Assembly (NCBI GenBank): GCA_040005235.1
Contig: JBDTZG010000050.1
Location: 1-39,709 of the forward strand
Direction: 5' to 3'
Length of the DNA stretch: 39,709 bases
Origin: Acidobacteriota bacterium
Lineage (GTDB): Bacteria > Acidobacteriota > Thermoanaerobaculia > Multivoradales > UBA5704
Part shown: positions 1 to 8,809 of the stretch, piece after piece
Numbering within the stretch: the first letter of the stretch is position 1
Layout: the number at the start of each line of letters is the position of its first letter
Translations under genes and position numbers: made by a program
Notes under the pieces: generated by a model
The model's input: the letters and a program-made list of their open reading frames with translations, nothing else
Database searches by the model: none
Told to the model about the DNA's origin: nothing

Positions 1-290
1 AGGTCGGTGGTGGGGGTGACCGTGCGGACTTCGCGCACCATCGCCTCTTCGATCGATACCAGGGCGAGCGGATCGCCTTCGGCGGCCAGGGGTCCGGACG
101 GCGCGACGACGGTGAAGCGGAGAAGATCGCGATGGGTGACCAGGCCCACCAAGTCGCCCTCCGAATCGATGATCGGCACATGGCGGATGTGCCGCTCGAC
201 CATTAGGTCGCGCACTGCCGAAAGGTCGTCGTGCGGCGAGAGGGCCGAAACGTTCGGGGTCATCAGATGTTTGACCAGCATGCCGGACAT
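1..290 (-). CDS. CBS domain-containing protein (3' end runs off window)
   Basis: Manual translation from ATG at 290 (GGAGG RBS upstream): MSGMLVKHLMTPNVSALSPHDDLSAVRDLMVERHIRHVPIIDSEGDLVGLVTHRDLL...AMVREVRTVTP, a typical CBS pair. Not in the ORF track because it is truncated. Confidence 0.88.
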   Translation of the reverse strand, partial: MSGMLVKHLMTPNVSALSPHDDLSAVRDLMVERHIRHVPIIDSEGDLVGLVTHRDLLRFTVVAPSGPLAAEGDPLALVSIEEAMVREVRTVTPTTD

Positions 291-316
291 TCCGACCTCC
301 GAACTTGAAGCTGCCG

Positions 317-1429
317 CTAACTCGTGGAGCCGGAGAACACCCGCCGCCACCAGCGTTTCGGCTGCGGAGTCTGCGCCTCGTCCGCTCCGCGATCGAGCTC
401 GGCGAGCGGCGCGGGCAGGAGCGCGATGCGGCCTTTCTGCATCTGGTGGAGCAGCAGGTCCATCTCTTTGCCGCGCAAGCGCGGGTCGCCGGAAAACGCC
501 TGGGCGAGCGCCGTAACGCCGTCCATCCGGTCGTAGAAATCGCGGGCTCGCGCGGGCATGCGCTTCTTTTCTTCCTCGGCCGGTTCGAGCACCCAGATCG
601 GCACCGCGCGCTCCAGCAGGTCGAGCGGAATCGCCATGTGGCGGCGGGCGATTAGCGATTGCTCTTCCGCCGCCCGTTCGAGCAGGAGGTCGAGCACCGA
701 GAGCTGAAGCGTGCCCGATTCGCTCGGATTTCCGACGTCCTCGATGTCGAGGGTCTCGTCCACGCAGAGCCGGAAGCCGTGCTCCAAGAAGCGGAAGTAC
801 GAGCCGCGCACGGCCTGATACAGCTCGCGTAGCGTCCGTTTGCCGTCGACCGCCTCGGCGATCTTCCGTTGCGCGGTGGAAAGGTTCTTCCCCGGCCAAT
901 TGCGTCCGCGCCGAAGGACGATGTTGTCGTGGACGAATACCTTGCGCATGCGCCCCCGCTCGTCGACCCAGCGGGTCCCTTCGAGCACGACACCCATCGA
1001 ATCGATCGGGTCGGGGAGGATCTCCTCGTCGGGCGGCAGCTCGGCTTCGAAGTAGAAGACCCCGTGCTCCCAGAGGAAGAGATCGCAGATCAGGTCGTGG
1101 ATGTGCTGATGAAGGGAGGCCTGCACCGCCTCGGGCGTCAGGATGCCAAGCTCGGAGAGGGCGGAACCAAGACGGACCCCTTTGCGGGTGCAATGGGTGA
1201 GCGCCGAGAAAAGCTGATCTTCGTTGATCGCACCGCTCAATAGGAGGTGCTGGCCAAAGTACTCCGCCGGGTCGTTCGACAGGCAGGAGACGATTTCGCC
1301 ATGATTGAAATAGACGCGCTTTTCCCGGTCGCTGCGGCGGAAGACCAGCGCGCCGGAGCTGCGCTCGTTCTTCGCCCACTGGAGCAGATCCCCCGGCGGG
1401 AATGCTTCGATGCGTCCAGAGAATTCCAT
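317..1429 (-). CDS. DUF4388 (PatA-N-like) domain protein
   Basis: N-terminus FSGRIEAFPPGDLLQW...SGALVF...KRVYFNHGEIV, then GQHLL..G.I and RLGSAL.ELG, FLWEHGVFYF and VLEGTRWVDE, the typical DUF4388 pattern. Confidence 0.75.
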   Translation of the reverse strand: MEFSGRIEAFPPGDLLQWAKNERSSGALVFRRSDREKRVYFNHGEIVSCLSNDPAEYFGQHLLLSGAINEDQLFSALTHCTRKGVRLGSALSELGILTPEAVQASLHQHIHDLICDLFLWEHGVFYFEAELPPDEEILPDPIDSMGVVLEGTRWVDERGRMRKVFVHDNIVLRRGRNWPGKNLSTAQRKIAEAVDGKRTLRELYQAVRGSYFRFLEHGFRLCVDETLDIEDVGNPSESGTLQLSVLDLLLERAAEEQSLIARRHMAIPLDLLERAVPIWVLEPAEEEKKRMPARARDFYDRMDGVTALAQAFSGDPRLRGKEMDLLLHQMQKGRIALLPAPLAELDRGADEAQTPQPKRWWRRVFSGSTS

Positions 1430-1489
1430 GAGATGGAATGGAGTCTATCTCGGTCGAAGGCCGACGGGAATCTAGATATGCTTGGAAGC

Positions 1490-4480
1490 ATGAAGCGCAC
1501 GCTTTCTTCCGCCCTGCCCCTGGTCTTTCTTGTCGCCCTCTTCGCCGGTCCGCTCGGCGCGATTTCCCTTCCCTGCCAGCCGTGCGGCGGCATCCGCCTC
1601 GCCGACCCGGCCGACCTGGAAACCACGATCGGCGCGATCGGCACGATCGCGGCCGGCACCCTCGAACCGGGGAGCCCCCTGTTCGTGGCGTGGGATCTGC
1701 CCCTCGACGGCAGCGCCGACCCGTCTCCGGCGGCCGAGCTGTTCGGCGCTGGAGCGACGCCCTGGATGACGCTGGTCTTTCGCACCCCGGCGCCGCTGAC
1801 GCAAAATCTCGACGCTTTGCAGGCGGAGCTTGGCGCCGCGGCGAAGATCGCCGCGGCCGCTCCGGCCGGAACGTACTTTCAGATCGCGTGGCGGCCGACG
1901 AGCGGGGTCACCGCGGTGCTCGATCCGGCGCAATACGGATTTCTGATCAAGCGGGCGGCGGTCGTCCTGACCGGCGCCGCTCCGGAAGGAAAAGTGGCGA
2001 CCGGCCCGCTACCCCCGGACCCCGCATTCCTTTCCGCCTTCTATGCCGAGGAGATCGCCGCCTATCTCGAAGTGGTGGCCCTGGCACCTGCGCCCCCTGA
2101 GCAATTGGCCGCTGCGGTCGCCAAGCTCGACGAGCTGGATGCCGGCCGGCCGGTGGTTCTCGACGCCTCCAATGCGCCGGCCGAGGCGGGAGGCGTGCTG
2201 GCCGACGCGGCCCGCAACGTCACCCGCGGCGTGGCGCTCACCCTCTTCGCGGTCGCGCCCCCGGCGCCCGTCGATCCCGCGATTGATCCTTCGGTAACCG
2301 CCGCGCCGCCCCCGGCCGCTTCGCCGATCCTCGCGCCGCTGGTGCTCCTCGCGCGCGAGTTCGCGGGCGATCTGTCCTACGACCCGACCTCCACCCCCAC
2401 CGGCGCCGAGGCCTGGGCGTTCGTGCGCGGCAAGGATCTGGGAGTCCGGGTGATCGCCGCCACTCCTCCAGGCGCCAAGGAGGTGGCGCTCCAGTTCCCC
2501 GACGCCGAGCTGCGCCGGCCGGTCCGCTACAGCTACTTCGCGCGCAAGGTCGGGCCGCCGAGCGGCAAGCTCCTCGGCGGCGGGCTGGAGATCCGCATGA
2601 CCGACGCCGCGCCGGTCGAGATCTTGGCGCTGGAGCGCCCGACCGCCGCGGAAAAGGAAGGGATTGAAGAGAAGGTCACCGTCTCCGGCGACCGCGGGAT
2701 GACAGTCGAGGAGGTGCTCCGCCGCCTCCAAGCATTCGAGGACGCGCAGAGCCGCCGGATTGATCATTACCAGGCGGTCAACACCACCTCGCTTCGCTTT
2801 CCGGCGGCCGGCACCCAGACGATTGAGGCGACGCTTCAAGGGCCCTATTTCGTCGAACGCGGCGTGCCGCCCGACTGGGTCTGGAGCAGCCTGTTCTTGA
2901 ACGGCGTCCGCTGGCGCAGCAAGTCGATCCCCGAGATCCCGCTGATCCAGCCCGAGAAAGCCGCCACCATGCCGGGCGAGATCACGTTCGACAAGAAGTA
3001 CCGCTACACCCTGCGCGGCAGCGACACGATCGACGGACGCGCCGCCTGGGTGGTCGATTTCGAGCCGATCGGCGCGGCGGTCGCCACCGAGGGCCGGCTG
3101 TACAAAGGAACGGTATGGGTCGACAAGCAGCTGTCGTCGCGCCTCAAAACCCGCGCGGTCCAGCTCGGCCTCCAAGGCGAGGTGCTGTCGAACGAGGAGA
3201 CCCTCCTCTACTCCCCCATCGACGCCGACGGCGCCCCCGCCCCCTGGGCAGCCGGCAGCTTCATTCTGCCGCTCAAGGTGCTCGCCCAGCAGATCCTCTC
3301 GGTGGTCAACACGGCGACGATCGTCGAGCGCGATACCCGGCTCACCGAGGTGAAGATCAACTCCGACGGCTTTGCCGAGGCACGCTCCGCGGCGAGCGCC
3401 TCGGACGCGACGATCGTGCGCGACACCGCCAAAGGGCTGCGCTACCTGGTGAAGGACGACAAGGGCGAGCGGGTGGTCAAGGAGGGGTTCGACAGCGACA
3501 AGCTGTTCCTGGCCGGCGGCCTGTTCTACGACGACTCGTTCGATTATCCGCTGCCGCTCGCCGGGATCAACTACTTCTCGCTCGATTTCAAGGGAACCAA
3601 GCAGCAGGTGAACCTGTTCTTCGGCGGCCTTCTGCTGGTCGGCAACGTCGCCCAGCCGCGCCTGTTCGGAAGCAAATTCGACTTCGGCGCCGACGTGTTC
3701 GGCCTGGCGATCTCGGGATCGGACAAACTGTTCCGCGACAACAAAGAGGTCCCCGGAGAGGAGCTCAAGGTTCGCCCGGCCAGCTTCACCCTGAACCTGG
3801 GTCACCCGGTGGGCAACTTCTTCAAATGGGGCGTCCGTTACGGGCTGGTCTCCTCGACCTACTCCAAGATCGATACCGCGGACGCGAACTTCCGCCTGCC
3901 GAGCAACAACATCGCCCAGCGGATCGAGCTGTCCGGCCGCTACGCCCGCTCCGGCTATCGGCTCGACTTGGGAGGCAGCTACCACCGGCGCTCGAAATGG
4001 GAGGCATGGGGCCTTCCCGGCAATCCCGATTTCGACTCCGGCAAGAAGGACTATCTGCGCTGGGATGCCTCGCTGGCGAAGACCTGGAATCTGCCGAAGT
4101 TCACCCGCCTTTCGGCCGAGGTGAACTACCTTTCGGGCAGCGATCTCGATCGTTTCTCGAAGTATGAGTTCGGCTTCTTCGGCGCCACGCGGGTGCACGG
4201 CTACCAGAGCAACCGGGTGCGCGCGACCGACGTTTCCGCCGTACACATGACCTACGGCTTCGCGTTCGGCGATCTGTTCCGGCTCGATCTCGAAGGCGAT
4301 GCCGCCTGGGCGACCGACAAGGACACCGGCCTGCACAATGAGCTGCTCGCCGGAGCCGGAATCGCCGGGACGTTCATCGGCCCGTGGAAGACGGTGGTCA
4401 ACATGGACATCGGCGTCCCGGTCGCCGGTCCGGACGATGGCGTCGTGCTCTACATCGTCTTCTTGAAGCTGTTCAAGTAG
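1490..4480 (+). CDS. Large secreted/outer-membrane protein: signal peptide, degenerate glycoside-hydrolase-like region, LolA/RseB-like middle region, C-terminal beta-barrel
   Basis: ATG 1490 begins a signal peptide (MKRTLSSALPLVFLVALFAGPLGA). Middle YRYTLRGSDTIDGRAAWVVDFEP...GTVWVDKQ is LolA/RseB-like. C-terminal ~320 aa has amphipathic beta strands ending ...YIVFLKLFK. Confidence 0.6.
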   Translation: MKRTLSSALPLVFLVALFAGPLGAISLPCQPCGGIRLADPADLETTIGAIGTIAAGTLEPGSPLFVAWDLPLDGSADPSPAAELFGAGATPWMTLVFRTPAPLTQNLDALQAELGAAAKIAAAAPAGTYFQIAWRPTSGVTAVLDPAQYGFLIKRAAVVLTGAAPEGKVATGPLPPDPAFLSAFYAEEIAAYLEVVALAPAPPEQLAAAVAKLDELDAGRPVVLDASNAPAEAGGVLADAARNVTRGVALTLFAVAPPAPVDPAIDPSVTAAPPPAASPILAPLVLLAREFAGDLSYDPTSTPTGAEAWAFVRGKDLGVRVIAATPPGAKEVALQFPDAELRRPVRYSYFARKVGPPSGKLLGGGLEIRMTDAAPVEILALERPTAAEKEGIEEKVTVSGDRGMTVEEVLRRLQAFEDAQSRRIDHYQAVNTTSLRFPAAGTQTIEATLQGPYFVERGVPPDWVWSSLFLNGVRWRSKSIPEIPLIQPEKAATMPGEITFDKKYRYTLRGSDTIDGRAAWVVDFEPIGAAVATEGRLYKGTVWVDKQLSSRLKTRAVQLGLQGEVLSNEETLLYSPIDADGAPAPWAAGSFILPLKVLAQQILSVVNTATIVERDTRLTEVKINSDGFAEARSAASASDATIVRDTAKGLRYLVKDDKGERVVKEGFDSDKLFLAGGLFYDDSFDYPLPLAGINYFSLDFKGTKQQVNLFFGGLLLVGNVAQPRLFGSKFDFGADVFGLAISGSDKLFRDNKEVPGEELKVRPASFTLNLGHPVGNFFKWGVRYGLVSSTYSKIDTADANFRLPSNNIAQRIELSGRYARSGYRLDLGGSYHRRSKWEAWGLPGNPDFDSGKKDYLRWDASLAKTWNLPKFTRLSAEVNYLSGSDLDRFSKYEFGFFGATRVHGYQSNRVRATDVSAVHMTYGFAFGDLFRLDLEGDAAWATDKDTGLHNELLAGAGIAGTFIGPWKTVVNMDIGVPVAGPDDGVVLYIVFLKLFK

Positions 4481-4508
4481 CGGCTCGCCAAGGTACTAGG
4501 GCGGAAAG

Positions 4509-4868
4509 ATGGCTGGGTTCTGGCGGCGGATGATCGAAGGGCTGGGGGGGAAGCGCCCCCAACCTCCGCCGCCGGAGCCCGCGCCGTTCGAGGAGGAAGA
4601 CCTCCCCGACACCGTCGTGCTGGCGCTCACCGATGTGCTCGACTTGCACAGTTTTCCGCCGCACCAGGTCGCCGACCTCGTGCGCGAATATCTCGACGCG
4701 GCCCACCGTTCGGGCTTCCGCCATGTGCGCATCGTCCACGGCAAAGGCATAGGGGTGCAGCGCGACATGACGCGAAAGATCCTCGAAGCGGATCCGCGGG
4801 TGAGCGCGTTCGGCGACCCACCGGCCGAGGCGGGCGGCTGGGGCGCCACCTGGGTCGAGCTGCTGTAG
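4509..4868 (+). CDS. Smr/MutS2-family small endonuclease domain protein
   Basis: LDLH, VRIVHGKGIG and GGWGATWVEL Smr motifs. Confidence 0.9.
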   Translation: MAGFWRRMIEGLGGKRPQPPPPEPAPFEEEDLPDTVVLALTDVLDLHSFPPHQVADLVREYLDAAHRSGFRHVRIVHGKGIGVQRDMTRKILEADPRVSAFGDPPAEAGGWGATWVELL

Positions 4869-4880
4869 TCTGACCCCTCC

Positions 4881-6770
4881 ATGCCCTCCCCTCCGGCCGG
4901 TCCGCTTCGCCGCGCGCTGCGGCGCTTGTCGCGCCGGTTTGCCGGCTCGACGCTCCAAGTGGTCTACGAGCCGCGCTACGCGCTCGACCTTTCGGGGGTC
5001 GGCCACGACGCGCGACGTGGCGAGCGCATTCTCGGTTTTCTCTCGGCTGAGGGGCTGATCGAGAGCGACGACGTCCGGAAGCCCGACCCGATGTCGTTTC
5101 ACGATCTGCGGCGAGTCCACTCCGACGACTACCTCGAAGCGCTCAGCCGGCCGAACGCGCTGGTGCCGATCCTCGGGTTTGCCCCCCCGGACAACCTCGC
5201 CGAGGCGTTCCTCGAAGCGCAGCGCACGATGGCCGGCGGCACCCGGCTCGCGTTGGAGCTGGCGCTCGGACCCGCGCCGCCGGGCGGCGGCGTTAGGCGT
5301 TCTTCGGGCGGTCCGGGCCGACCCGCGATCAACCTGGGCGGCGGTTTTCACCACGCGTTCCGCGATCGGGGCGAGCGGTTCTGCGCGTTCAACGACGTCG
5401 CGGCCTCGATCGCTTCGCTGCGTTCCCGCGGCTACCAGGGCAAGATTCTGGTGGTCGATCTCGACCTGCACGATGGCGACGGCACCCGCTCGATCCTCGC
5501 GGGCGATCCGCGCACCCATACCCTGTCGATCCACAACCTGACCAGCGCGCCGGAGGCGGACAACTCGACCGTGGTCGAACTGGGTTCTGGGATTGAGGAC
5601 CAGGCGTACCTTGCGGCGATCCGCGAGACCCTGCCGCCGCTTGCCGAGTCGTTCGCTCCGGATCTCGCGATCTACCTCGCGGGTGCCGATCCGGCGGCCG
5701 GCGACGCGATCGGCGATTGGCGGATCACCCCGGAGGGGATGCTCGCGCGCGACCGATTCGTGATCGAGCGGCTCGGAGCCCTGAAGGCGCCGCCGCGGAT
5801 CGCGATCGTCCTCGCCGGAGGCTACGGCAAAGGGGCGTGGCGCTACCCGGCGCGATTCCTCGCCTGGCTCGCGAGCGGCCGGGATATCGAGCCGCCCAGC
5901 TCGGAAGAGGCGCTCCTGTTCCGCTTCCGCGCGCTCGCGAGCACCCTCTCGACGCACCAGCTGACGGCGGAAGACGAACCGGACCGGCAGCGGCCCGCGG
6001 TGCCGCCGAATGAGATCGACCCGCTGGACGATTGGGGCCTTACCGCGGACGATCTCGCCCCCGCGCCGGGCACCGGCCTCGGCAGGCCGAGCCGCTTCCT
6101 CGGCTTCTACTCGCGCTCCGGAGTCGAGCTGGCGCTCGAACGGGCCGGACTGCTCGAACGCCTGCGCGCCCGAGGCTACGACCGGCCGACGATCGATCTC
6201 GACCTCGGCCAGCCCGCGGGCGACACCGCGCGCCTGTACGGCGATCCGGGCAAGCGCGACCTGCTGATGGAGATCCGCGCCCGCATCGACCGCCGCCTGC
6301 TGCCCGGCGTACCGTTGCTCCACCTCGAGTGGCTGCTTCTCCAAGATCCGCGCGCGAGTTTCCCGTCCGGCAAAACCGGCCTCCCCGGCCAGCAGCATCC
6401 GGGGCTCGGACTGCTCGCCGAAGTGATGGCGCTGATGGTCGCCGTCTGCGACCGGCTCCAGCTCGAGGGGATCTCGTTTGTCCCTTCGTACTACCACCTG
6501 GCCGCCAAGGGGCGGCGCCTGCTGCACTTCCTGGATCCGGACGACGAGGCGCGGATCGCGAGCCTGGAGGCGTCGCTCGCGAACCTGCCGCTCACCGAGG
6601 CGACCCGGCTCGTCACCGAGGAGAAGGTTGTCGACGCCCTAACGGCCAAGCCGTTCGTCTGGCGCCCGATGACAATGATCCTGCCGACGAGCGAAGAGCT
6701 GGCGGCGCGCTTCGAAGATCCGGACTACGAGCAACGCGCAGCGGTGCGCCAGGCGTTTCGGGTTTTGTAG
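4881..6770 (+). CDS. Histone deacetylase family (Zn-dependent) protein with extra C-terminal domain
   Basis: RVHSDDY, GGGFHHA, FCAFND, DLDLHDGDGT, AGADP..GD and GGY motifs, followed by an extension containing LPGQQHPGLG. Confidence 0.88.
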   Translation: MPSPPAGPLRRALRRLSRRFAGSTLQVVYEPRYALDLSGVGHDARRGERILGFLSAEGLIESDDVRKPDPMSFHDLRRVHSDDYLEALSRPNALVPILGFAPPDNLAEAFLEAQRTMAGGTRLALELALGPAPPGGGVRRSSGGPGRPAINLGGGFHHAFRDRGERFCAFNDVAASIASLRSRGYQGKILVVDLDLHDGDGTRSILAGDPRTHTLSIHNLTSAPEADNSTVVELGSGIEDQAYLAAIRETLPPLAESFAPDLAIYLAGADPAAGDAIGDWRITPEGMLARDRFVIERLGALKAPPRIAIVLAGGYGKGAWRYPARFLAWLASGRDIEPPSSEEALLFRFRALASTLSTHQLTAEDEPDRQRPAVPPNEIDPLDDWGLTADDLAPAPGTGLGRPSRFLGFYSRSGVELALERAGLLERLRARGYDRPTIDLDLGQPAGDTARLYGDPGKRDLLMEIRARIDRRLLPGVPLLHLEWLLLQDPRASFPSGKTGLPGQQHPGLGLLAEVMALMVAVCDRLQLEGISFVPSYYHLAAKGRRLLHFLDPDDEARIASLEASLANLPLTEATRLVTEEKVVDALTAKPFVWRPMTMILPTSEELAARFEDPDYEQRAAVRQAFRVL

Positions 6771-6800
6771 AGCGTACGGCCGTGCGCCGCGGAGCCGGCC

Positions 6801-7490
6801 CTACCGGCCCATCCGTTCGAGCGCATCCGCCGCGGCCTTTTGCTCCGCGGCTTTCTTGCTCGAACCCTCGCCTCGACCGGCGTGCACCCCGGAGACCCAA
6901 ACCTCGACCTCGTAGATCTTGTCGTGGTCCGGCCCCTTCTGCCCCACCAACCGGTATTCGGGCAGCTCGCCGCCGTTCGCCTGCGAGACCTCCTGCAAGC
7001 GGGTTTTGGCGTCCACGGAGAGCAGCGGTGCCCCGGTGGTCGACGCGGTTTCGAGCATCGTCTCGATCGCCGCCCGCGCCGCGTCCAGACCGCCGTCCAG
7101 ATAGATCGCGCCGAACACCGCCTCCAGCGAATTGGCGAGCAGCGACGCCTTGGTCCGGCCGCCGGAGCGCTCCTCGCCGATTCCCAGCTCCAGCTCCGGC
7201 CCGAGCGCCAGCCGCTCCGCATGCGGGGCGAGCGTCGACCGGCTCACCAGCTGAGCCTTGAGCTTCGAGAGCTGCCCCTCCGGCAAGGTCGGATTGCGGG
7301 CATAGAGCCAGGACGCGGCGATCAGACCCAGCACCGCGTCGCCCAAGAACTCCAGCCGCTCGTAATGCCGCTCGACCCCATGCTCGTTCGCGGCGGAACG
7401 ATGGGTCAACGCGAGCTTCAGCAGCTCGGGCCGGTTGAACCGGTAATCGAGGCGCTCTTCGAGAGGGAGAGGGGGGCGGCGGCCGAACAT
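6801..7490 (-). CDS. rnc: Ribonuclease III
   Basis: ALTHRS, ERLEFLGDAVL signature, EAVFGAIYLDGG, and C-terminal dsRBD (KTRLQE...GPDH...G.GSSKKAAEQ.AA). Confidence 0.97.
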   Translation of the reverse strand: MFGRRPPLPLEERLDYRFNRPELLKLALTHRSAANEHGVERHYERLEFLGDAVLGLIAASWLYARNPTLPEGQLSKLKAQLVSRSTLAPHAERLALGPELELGIGEERSGGRTKASLLANSLEAVFGAIYLDGGLDAARAAIETMLETASTTGAPLLSVDAKTRLQEVSQANGGELPEYRLVGQKGPDHDKIYEVEVWVSGVHAGRGEGSSKKAAEQKAAADALERMGR

Positions 7491-7635
7491 CGTCCCGTAA
7501 TGCTAGCAGGATGAGAGCCCCGGGCCGAAGGGGGAGAAGTTCCGGCCAAATTTTCGCAGGTCCCGGCGGTAGACTCGGTCAAAGTGCAGCGAGCAAATAT
7601 CTCGTCGTATGTCGGGCAAGACTTGAGGGTCGATC

Positions 7636-8328
7636 ATGCCGAAAGTGGCTCTGACCGGTTGGCTGCCGGGATTTCAAGCGGTTCCCGCGATCAAGCTGCT
7701 CCGCCGGTCTTGCGGGTTGGGCTTGAAACCCGCAAAAGAGATGATTGAGAACCTCTTAGACGGCGAGCGGCTTTATTTCTCGTTCGATACCGAGCAAGCC
7801 GCCGACGAATTCGCCGAAGCAGCCCTCGATTTGGACGCGACCATCGAGTACCCCTATCTCGACCCCGCCGATCGCCGCGCCCCAGAGACCGCCTTGCGGC
7901 GGCTCAGCGAGTTGTTCGCCATGCCATTGTTCGAGCTCAACAGCACCCTCCTCACCGGAGACTTGAAGGAGGCCGAGCGGCATTTCTCTGACTGGGATCC
8001 GAACGATCCGATCGGCCTTGAAGCTTTCGTCAACCACTACCATCTGGAGGATTACATCCGCGAGCTCGGGCTCGACCCGAAGAAGGAGCGGCGGGAGCTC
8101 AACCGCCTCGCGGATGCCTTGGTCCTCGTGTGGCTGGAGCGACTGACGGGAATCCTGGGAGAGCGTACCCTGCTGTTTTATGTCGGAGGGGAACAGGACG
8201 TCATCGTTCGCTTCCACGTGGAAAGGCCAGGTTCGGTCCCCTGGATGAACCTTGATCCGGCCTTCATAAAAAAGGCACGAATGCGGATCTTTAGGGCCAG
8301 CCGATCGGGGCTGGAGAGAATAGCCTGA
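7636..8328 (+). CDS. Hypothetical protein with N-terminal ribosomal L7/L12 C-terminal-like domain and immunity-like C-terminal domain
   Basis: VPAIKLLRRSCGLGLKPAKEMIE resembles the L7/L12 CTD motif. The C-terminal DPIGLEAFVNHYHLED...W...VRF...R...W region resembles families seen in toxin-immunity clusters (recalled, unverified). Confidence 0.55.
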   Translation: MPKVALTGWLPGFQAVPAIKLLRRSCGLGLKPAKEMIENLLDGERLYFSFDTEQAADEFAEAALDLDATIEYPYLDPADRRAPETALRRLSELFAMPLFELNSTLLTGDLKEAERHFSDWDPNDPIGLEAFVNHYHLEDYIRELGLDPKKERRELNRLADALVLVWLERLTGILGERTLLFYVGGEQDVIVRFHVERPGSVPWMNLDPAFIKKARMRIFRASRSGLERIA

Positions 8329-8348
8329 CGACTAGGCTGGGAGCACCA

Positions 8349-8759
8349 GTGGAGAACGAAATCAAAGTGAGTTTTATCGTGAGTGGTTTCGACCACGAAC
8401 CAGAGGTGATCACCGGCCTCCTCAAGGTCGATCCCACTGAAACTTGGAAGATCGGCGAACCGATGCTCCCATCCCCCATTCGCACCCACCAGGAAAACGG
8501 TTGGGAACTGGCCTCACAGCTGGCAACGACGGCCGGAGTGGGCGACCAGATTGGCCACCTGCTCGGCAGGCTTGAGCCGGCGCGGGACTCGTTTGACAGC
8601 CTCGGCGAAGCCTACCGTGAGTTTTCCTGCGTCATTTTCGCGAACGACGGCGTCCCGGAGATCCACTTCAGCCATGACACGTTGCAACGGATTGTGGAAC
8701 TTGGTGCCTCAATAGATGTCGACCTCTACTGCATGGAGGCAAAGCAGGAAGAACAATAG
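8349..8759 (+). CDS. DUF4279 domain protein
   Basis: FDHEPEVITGLLKVDPTETWKIGE...W...FSHDTLQRIVELGASIDVDLY pattern; GTG start with GGGAG upstream. Confidence 0.75.
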   Translation: MENEIKVSFIVSGFDHEPEVITGLLKVDPTETWKIGEPMLPSPIRTHQENGWELASQLATTAGVGDQIGHLLGRLEPARDSFDSLGEAYREFSCVIFANDGVPEIHFSHDTLQRIVELGASIDVDLYCMEAKQEEQ

Positions 8760-8809
8760 CGCCTCTCAGATAGCCAAGACGCAAGGCGCATCGTTTTATT
8801 GAGGTTCAC

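Noticed and set aside
2009-6527. Long minus-strand ORFs (775 aa, 684 aa) and similar antisense ORFs elsewhere (e.g. 10197..11798, 35537..37519)
   Set aside because: Shadow ORFs opposite well-supported genes, expected in high-GC DNA.
6801-7490. Inactive RNase III because of LANSLEA instead of LADxxEA
   Set aside because: The signature motif and the catalytic Glu are intact; this single D-to-N change is not enough evidence for loss of function.
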